The position numbers and the translations under genes are program-made. The notes under the pieces are model-generated. The model did no database searches, was not told where the DNA came from, and saw only the letters and a list, made by a program, of their open reading frames with translations. From Phycisphaerae bacterium (lineage in GTDB: Bacteria; Planctomycetota; Phycisphaerae; UBA1845), in NCBI GenBank assembly GCA_035344155.1, contig DAORAL010000005.1:38465-102464 (forward strand): a DNA stretch of 64,000 nucleotides. Direction: 5' to 3'. This document shows positions 39,568 to 46,600 of the stretch, piece by piece; position 1 is the stretch's first letter; every line of letters begins with the position of its first letter.

Positions 39568-40308
39568 ATGAATGGGCACAAGTTTGTAATTGGTGTTGTT
39601 TTGGCATCGACGTCGTTGTTGGGCGGCAAGTGCTTCGCGGGCATTATCGATCTTGAATTTCGGCCTTCTCTTCAAGTCGTGGCCCCCGGCGAAACTGTAA
39701 GTGTCGGTCTGTATGCCGTCTCTGTAGACGAAACCGATGATGTAATCTCGGTCATGGACGTTGTCCTGACTTGGGATCCCGCAATCCTCAGTCTCCAGGG
39801 CGTGGTCAACAATGGCCCCTATAACTGGTTGTCTTCGGGCTTTCCTTTCAATGCGATCGGCGGGCTGAACGTTGATCTAACGGATGGGGATGCCACATAC
39901 ACCGCTCGCAGCAGGTTTGCACCTCAGCCGTCGGCAATAGCGACGTCCAATGGGCTTCTCGTAACCACAATTCAATTTGTCGCAGTTGCAGAGTCTTCGA
40001 CAACGACTTTAAGCATCGTCGAATCAATCGGGATCGCGACAACAAAAGTTGTCGGGGACATTCCGGGGTTTGATGTTCATGGACAATTGAATGGCGCGAC
40101 GTTCGTTGTGCAATCCTGTACCGATTCCGACCCGGATGACGACGGTGACGTCGATCTTGTGGATTTTGCCGCATTTCAACAATGCTTCGGTGTGAGTTCG
40201 ATAGATCAATTTGCCATCGATTGTTTGTGCTCGTTCGATTCGGATAACGACGGCGACATCGACCTTACCGATTTTGATTCGTTTGCCGCGGGGATCACTG
40301 GCCCTTGA
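39568..40308 (+). CDS. P4: secreted cohesin-like protein, paralog of P3, ending in a dockerin-like tail instead of PEP-CTERM (~246 aa)
   Basis: Signal peptide MNGHKFVIGVVLASTSLLGGKCFAG. Cohesin-like IDLEFRPSLQVVAPGETVSVGLYAVS...VMDVVLTWDPAILSLQG. Tail DDDGDVDLVDFAAFQQCFG...CLCSFDSDNDGDIDLTDFDSFAAGI. Confidence 0.8.
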   Translation: MNGHKFVIGVVLASTSLLGGKCFAGIIDLEFRPSLQVVAPGETVSVGLYAVSVDETDDVISVMDVVLTWDPAILSLQGVVNNGPYNWLSSGFPFNAIGGLNVDLTDGDATYTARSRFAPQPSAIATSNGLLVTTIQFVAVAESSTTTLSIVESIGIATTKVVGDIPGFDVHGQLNGATFVVQSCTDSDPDDDGDVDLVDFAAFQQCFGVSSIDQFAIDCLCSFDSDNDGDIDLTDFDSFAAGITGP

Positions 40309-40403
40309 CCGGATCCGCGACCAGTCCGCCCCGCGCGAATCGTAAGCATTCGCAACGCAAGCATCTTGCAAGCTTGAGTCGGCCCGTGAATAGGGCACGC
40401 GGT

Positions 40404-42821
40404 ATGCGTCGTTCAAACACGATTGCACGGAGACCAATGCTCGTGAAAAACCACGCACACCATTTAGGGCTGCTGGCGTGTTTTGCCTTCGGTGCCTTTG
40501 TTTTTGCGAACGTCGCCCGTGCGAACGTCCGGTACTCGTTTGTCTTTCGCAGCGATCAGGTCGTTCCGCCAACGGCAAGCATCTCAGCCGGTCAAGGGGC
40601 GGCTACACTGAACACTGCTGAAACGGAGTTGGTTTTCGCTGTGCTGCATGGTGTTTCTGGCGCGACGTCTGCGACGGTTCACTCGGGCGAGCTCGGAACC
40701 AATGGTCCCGTCGAGTTTACGCTGACCATGGTCAACGCAACAACTTTCGCTGGCACGTGGGCCATCGATTCGAGTGGAATCGCCGACCTCCAAGCCGGGC
40801 GACTGTACGTGCAGATTGAATCCGACCTTTACCCGGACGGGGAAGTCCGCGGGCAGATCGATCTGAACCCCAATCCAGTGCCGGGCGATGTGATCATCAC
40901 GGAGATCATGTACGACCCGCTTTCGCCCGAAGGGAATTACCCTGATCCACCATTCGCAGCCAACTCTGAGTGGATCGAATTGTTCAATACCACCTTCACC
41001 GACATCGAAATTGGCGGATGGTTTTTCCAGGATGAGGACGTCGACGAATCGGCTCCCTGTACATTGCTGCGCAGCGGTACATTTCCACCATTCGTATTGC
41101 GATCATTCCAAACGGTTGTTGTTATTCCGGATGGCGCAGAACTCAATGGCGAGTCGCCAAGCGTCGCCGACTTCAAGACATCCTGGAACCTCGGCGCCAA
41201 TATCAATGTGATTCAACTCAACGCGGATGGAACAACGGGTGGTGCGATCGTCGGGCACAACCTTTCGAACAATCCGTTCAGCGACAACTTCGACAACGAT
41301 TTGCCGCTGATTCCAGACCCACCGCTGTGGTCACCGTGTGGCACATTCAATCGAAGCGACAACGAAATCCTCACGCTCAACGATGGCGACCAGATTATCG
41401 ACGTCGTTAATTTCGGCGACGAGTTTGCAATCGAGGTCGGCGCGATGGATTGGCCCAATCCCGTTCCCGGTGCCAGCATCCAACTTGTGCCAGCCGACTA
41501 TCCTGCGCTTCCCCCGATCGATGTCAGCAGTTTCAGCGCATTGGGCAATGACGATCCACACAACTGGATCGGGCATGAATCAGGCGACCTAGCCGGTGGG
41601 ACTCAACAGTCGGTTCAGGCGGGTGTTTACAAAGGTGATGACATCGGGTCTCCCGGGTTCTTGTACGGTGCATCAACGGGGAATCAGCCGCCAGTTGCGG
41701 TGGGCGAACAAGTGGTCATGACTCCCGGGCAGTCCAGACTGGTTACGATGGACGGAACAGACAATACCCGGCCCTTCTTCGGTCTGCTGTTGTTCTTGAT
41801 CAAGTCACTCCCGCAGAACGGTCATCTGATCGACATTGCAGGCGGTAACCATGTGATCACGGCTGGTGATATCAGCGGGAATGGTTACCTGATGCCGATG
41901 ATTCCGTTTGACCTGGTTCGCTATACAAACAATGGAACTTGCGGGTTGGATTCGTTTTCATTCGCGACATTCGATGGAGTCGTCGAGTCGGCTCCGGTGG
42001 ATGTCGAATTCTTCGTTCAGTGCGGTGAGGTTGTCATCACTGAAATCATGTACAACCCCGATTCGACCGAAAACAGTCCGTCAGAAGCTGAATGGATCGA
42101 GCTGTACAACAACACAGATTATCCAATCGACTTGGGCGGTTGGTATTTTGCCGACGACGTTACGCGTAGCGGCGACTTTCCTTCGTTTATCCTTGGCGCC
42201 AAATCGGCGGTGGTGGCGATACCGGCTGTCGCGGACCCGAATGAGTACCTAAGCGGCTGGGGTTCGCAATTTGTGCACATCACCACCAATGGCGACACTG
42301 GTAACGGTGGCATAACCGGATCGAATCTTTCAAATGGTGGTGAGTCACTTCGCCTGGTCAAGCCCGGTGGAAGCACGCCGCTTGTCTCGGATGCAGTCTT
42401 TTACAAGAGCGGCTTTGTTGATCCCATGTGGCCGCAGATGGGGATTGACGGTCCAAGCATCTACGTTCGACCGTCGGTTTCGTACAACGCGCTCGCGAAC
42501 GATAACCCGTTGATATGGGAGAGGTCGATTAACGGAATCGACGGTGCGGCATTGGTTGAGTTGACGGCGGTCTATGATGGCGACGATATCGGGTCACCTG
42601 GATTCCTTCAGGGATTGATTCAGGGACCATGCCTGTCGTTCGGATTCAGTCATGACGGCAACCGGGATTTGAGCGTTGATGAAAAGGACTACGCGCACTA
42701 CGACCTCTGCTCGTTTGGCCCCGGTACGGACATCCCGCTGAACTGCGACTGCTTTGATACGGACGGCGACGGGGACCTTGACCTCGTTGACTTCGCCGGT
42801 TTTCAGGCGGCGTTTGATTGA
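40404..42821 (+). CDS. P5: secreted CHRD + 2x lamin-tail-domain protein with dockerin-like tail (~805 aa)
   Basis: Signal peptide HHLGLLACFAFGAFVFANVARA. CHRD: FRSDQVVPPTASISAGQGAATL...ATVHSGELGTNGPV...GRLYVQIESDLYPDGEVRGQI. LTD: VIITEIMYDPLSPEG...SEWIELFNTTFTDIEIGGWFF and VVITEIMYNPDSTENSPSEAEWIELYNNTDYPIDLGGWYF. Tail CDCFDTDGDGDLDLVDFAGFQAAFD. The track start (TTG 40305) was replaced by ATG 40404; ATG 40437 is also possible. Confidence 0.75.
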   Translation: MRRSNTIARRPMLVKNHAHHLGLLACFAFGAFVFANVARANVRYSFVFRSDQVVPPTASISAGQGAATLNTAETELVFAVLHGVSGATSATVHSGELGTNGPVEFTLTMVNATTFAGTWAIDSSGIADLQAGRLYVQIESDLYPDGEVRGQIDLNPNPVPGDVIITEIMYDPLSPEGNYPDPPFAANSEWIELFNTTFTDIEIGGWFFQDEDVDESAPCTLLRSGTFPPFVLRSFQTVVVIPDGAELNGESPSVADFKTSWNLGANINVIQLNADGTTGGAIVGHNLSNNPFSDNFDNDLPLIPDPPLWSPCGTFNRSDNEILTLNDGDQIIDVVNFGDEFAIEVGAMDWPNPVPGASIQLVPADYPALPPIDVSSFSALGNDDPHNWIGHESGDLAGGTQQSVQAGVYKGDDIGSPGFLYGASTGNQPPVAVGEQVVMTPGQSRLVTMDGTDNTRPFFGLLLFLIKSLPQNGHLIDIAGGNHVITAGDISGNGYLMPMIPFDLVRYTNNGTCGLDSFSFATFDGVVESAPVDVEFFVQCGEVVITEIMYNPDSTENSPSEAEWIELYNNTDYPIDLGGWYFADDVTRSGDFPSFILGAKSAVVAIPAVADPNEYLSGWGSQFVHITTNGDTGNGGITGSNLSNGGESLRLVKPGGSTPLVSDAVFYKSGFVDPMWPQMGIDGPSIYVRPSVSYNALANDNPLIWERSINGIDGAALVELTAVYDGDDIGSPGFLQGLIQGPCLSFGFSHDGNRDLSVDEKDYAHYDLCSFGPGTDIPLNCDCFDTDGDGDLDLVDFAGFQAAFD

Positions 42822-43667
42822 CCTGAAACGACTCTTCTTTCCTGAAGCGTTCTTCCAAACGGCAGTGGGATCGCGTTGCCCACAACGCATTGATTGTTTG
42901 CAGGTTAGGCCCTGCCAATTCAATCCGCTCCCAGTACCAGGCATTGATCGACTTTCCATTTGGTTTGGGAAATTCTCTACAGGACTTCGGCCCCCCCCCG
43001 AATTCCATGCATGGCTTTTTAACGATACCGGTTGCCCTCGATAGCGGTACATGTTCGCTTTACACTTGGGCGGTTGCTTCGACGTACGGTGTGTCTACGA
43101 CGCCAGTCATCTTCTGGCGATGATGAGGCTATGGCAGCCGAGCATGCTGGTATGGCATCCAGCTTGCTTTTCAGGCATTGGTGTCTTCGCGTCGCAATAT
43201 CGCATCCAACAACACATCAGTATTCGACAAGTCGGACGGATGTCGCCAAGTATTTCGTAGACGTTGGCACCGTACTTCCGTCAAAACTTCGAGACATCGA
43301 TCGAATCACACGCGATCTGGTTCTGGCGAACTTTCTGAACCCCAAAGGAGCCCATGCAAAAGTAGCCTTGGTTTTGAGCGTGCCGATTCAGCTTCCGAAT
43401 TTCAATAGCGATGTGCCATTTGACACCTCGTCATCGCCAAATAACGCCATCGGTTGAGCTGCATTCGGCAGATGCTGTGGTTTGCATTGGCGAATTTGCA
43501 CGGCATAAGTCCGGTGCGGACCGTCGCTCTTGACGGTGTTTTGCGGCTTCGATCTTGCTAGAATGTGAACGGTCGGAATCTGCGGTCGCATTCTCATGAT
43601 TCGAGCATGCCCGCCCATTTTGATGAGAATCGATCATCGATACTGTCACTAAAGGAGAAGCGTTTCC

Positions 43668-46600
43668 ATGCATCATCCAACCGATCGCCGATTTCGCCCA
43701 GATTCAGTCTTGATTGCAGTAGCGGTAGTTGCGGCGGCTCTGGTGTTTGGTGCGGCAACAGGTCGAGCGTGTGCCGCCGATTGCAATTCAAACGGAATTG
43801 AAGACGCCGTGGAGTTATCTCCAGGGGAGCAGATTGCCAAGCTTGTGGCGAATGATGCGTCGCTGGACGCCAATTTTGGCAACAGTGTCGCGATGGACGG
43901 AGATACTGCCATCATCGGTGCGTGGCGCGATGACGAAAATGGAAGCTTTAGCGGCGCTGCATACGTTTTCCGGGATAACGGCGGCAGTTGGCAGCAGGTA
44001 GCGAAGCTAACAGCCGACGACGCGGTGGAAAACAACTTCTTTGGGGTCAGCGTTGCGATCAGCGGGAATACCGTTGTCGTCGGGGCATATGGGAGCGCTG
44101 ACCCACTGTCGCTGGTGGGCTCCGCGTATGTGTTTCGTGAGCAAAACAATAGCTGGCAACAAATTGCCAAGCTCACGGCTGATGACGGCGCGGACCACGA
44201 TTACTTTGGCATTGGTTCAACGGGCGGTATTGCCATCACTGGCGACATGATCGTGATCGGCGCCGTTGGCGACCAGGACAATGGGTTGTGGAGCGGCTCG
44301 GCGTACGTTTTTCGTGAAATCCAAGGGGTTTGGCAGCAAACCACAAAACTCACGTCCAACGATGCGTTGGCAAATGACTTTTTCGGCGCAACGGTCGCGC
44401 TAAGTGGCGGTACGGTGATCATCGGGGCCTATGGAAGCGGTGGAACAAACAATGGTGCGTCTTACGTGTTCAGGGAAATCAACGGCGATTGGCAACAGAT
44501 CGGCAAGCTCAGCGATGCAAACCCGGCGGCTGAAGGCCGTTTTGGCTGGAGTGTCGCGATCAGCGAAGACACCGCCATCGTAGGCTCGCCCGAAAGCAAC
44601 GAAAATGCAAACGGAAGTGGCGTGACTTACGTGTTTCGGGAAATCGAAGGCGCCTGGCAGCGGATTGCCAAACTTGTTGCCGACGACGGAGAGGCTTTCG
44701 ATTGGTTCGGCGCCAGTGTCGCGATCAACGGTAATATCGCCATCATCGGCGCACCTGGGCGTGACAACGGAGACCTTGATTTCGGTGCGGCATACGTTTT
44801 CCGTGAAGATGGCGGGGTCTGGCGGCAGATCGCGACGTTCACTGCTGCCGACGGTACCTCAGATGATGACTTCGGCAACAACGTCGCGATGGCTGGCAAC
44901 ATTGCCGTCTTTGGCGTGCCGAGCCACGGTGACGGGCTCTTGAACAGAAGCGGTGCAGCCTATGTCTTCAAAATTCCGAGAACGGACTGCAATGCCAATG
45001 GCGTGCTCGATGAGTGCGATATTGCCAGCGCGACGAGTCCGGATTGCAACAGCAACGGCGTGCCCGACGAGTGCGAAGCGGACTGCAATTCAAATGGTAT
45101 TCCCGATGAATGCGATTTTGCAGAACTGACAAGCACCGATTGCAACTTAAATGGCCTGCCAGACGAATGTGAATTAATTGGAAACGACTGCAATTCCAAT
45201 GACTACCCCGATGAATGCGATATCGCCGGATTGACGAGCAGCGACTGCAACAGAAACAACGTGCCCGACGAGTGTGAGCCGCCGACTGCAGACTGCAATG
45301 TGAATGGAGTACCGGACGTATGCGAATACCAGTTGACCTTTTCAGGCCAAAAGATCATCTCGATCGACGCTGATGGCGCGAATGCTGTCTACACGGCGGA
45401 TCTGGACGGCGACGGGGATCTCGATGTGCTCTCGGCATCGAATGCGGATGACAAGATTGCCTGGTACGAAAACATTGACGGCGCGGGTACGTTCGGGCCG
45501 CAGCGTATTATCAGCAGCACCGCAGCCGGCGCGAATTCCGTCTTTGCCGCCGACTTGGACGGCGATGGAGATGCGGATGTCATCTCCTCGTCATCCAGTG
45601 ATCGAAAGATTGCGTGGTACGAAAACATCGATGGTCTCGGAGCCTTTGGATTACCAACGGTTTTCGAGATCGGATTGGACACGCCGATCTCGGTGATCGC
45701 CGCAGATTTGGATGGCGATCTCGACCTGGACATTCTCTTTGCGACGAGAGGATTTGCCAACGTCGCATGGTTTGAAAACACTGATGGCTTGGGAGCGTTC
45801 GGGCCCATCGAGATCATTGATGACTTTTCAGGTTTGGTGAGCTCGGCGATACCGGCAGACTTGGACGGCGACGGTGATCTCGATGTCCTCGCAACATTGG
45901 ATTTCGATGATACGGTTTTGTGGTACGAAAACACGGACGGGTTGGGAACCTTCGACTATTGGCAAGTGATCACGACGGTCGCCAACGGCGCGTTGTCTGC
46001 ATTTGCCGCCGACCTGGACGGTGATGGCGACCTTGATGTCCTTTCTGCGTCGAAGTTGGATAGTAAAATTGCGTTCTACGAAAACACCGACGGTTTGGGC
46101 AGTTTCGGCCCACAACAGATCATTTCCACCGATATGGATCGTCCGGCTTCCGTTTCTGCAAGGGACTTGGATGGTGACGGCGACCTTGATGTACTGTCTG
46201 CGTCGTCAGGTGACGACAAGATTGCCTGGTATGAAAACACCGGCGGACTAGGGCAGTTCGGAGCCCAGCAGGTCATCACTGTCGCTGCGGACGGTGCGAA
46301 ATCGGTCATCACTGCGGACCTCGACGGCGACGGTGACTTCGATGTGCTATCTGTATCGCCAGATGACGACAAGATTGCCTGGTACGAAGTTGAGACCGTC
46401 AACGATTGCAACAACAATGACGTGCACGATGAATGCGACATCGCCGGCGCCACGAGCCTCGATTGCAACAACAACGCCGTGCCTGACGAATGTGAACTGG
46501 TCTTGAATGATTGCAACATGAATGGCGTGCCCGATGACTGCGACGTTGAACAGGCGGCCAGCCTCGACTGCGATGGCAACGGTGTGCCGGACGAATGCCA

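Noticed and set aside
40305-40403. TTG start at 40305 for P5, overlapping the P4 stop.
   Set aside because: The first 33 codons are Arg/Ser-rich with no signal-peptide character. ATG 40404 (or 40437) immediately precedes a canonical signal peptide.
43265-43281. TGGCACC-GTAC-TTCCG as a sigma-54 promoter for the giant propeller gene.
   Set aside because: The -12 element lacks the invariant GC (CC instead), and the site is ~400 nt from the start codon.
43032-43457. 141-aa + strand ORF in the gap before the giant propeller gene.
   Set aside because: No recognisable domain or ribosome-binding site, and overlapping alternative ORFs of similar length in other frames. Likely non-coding.
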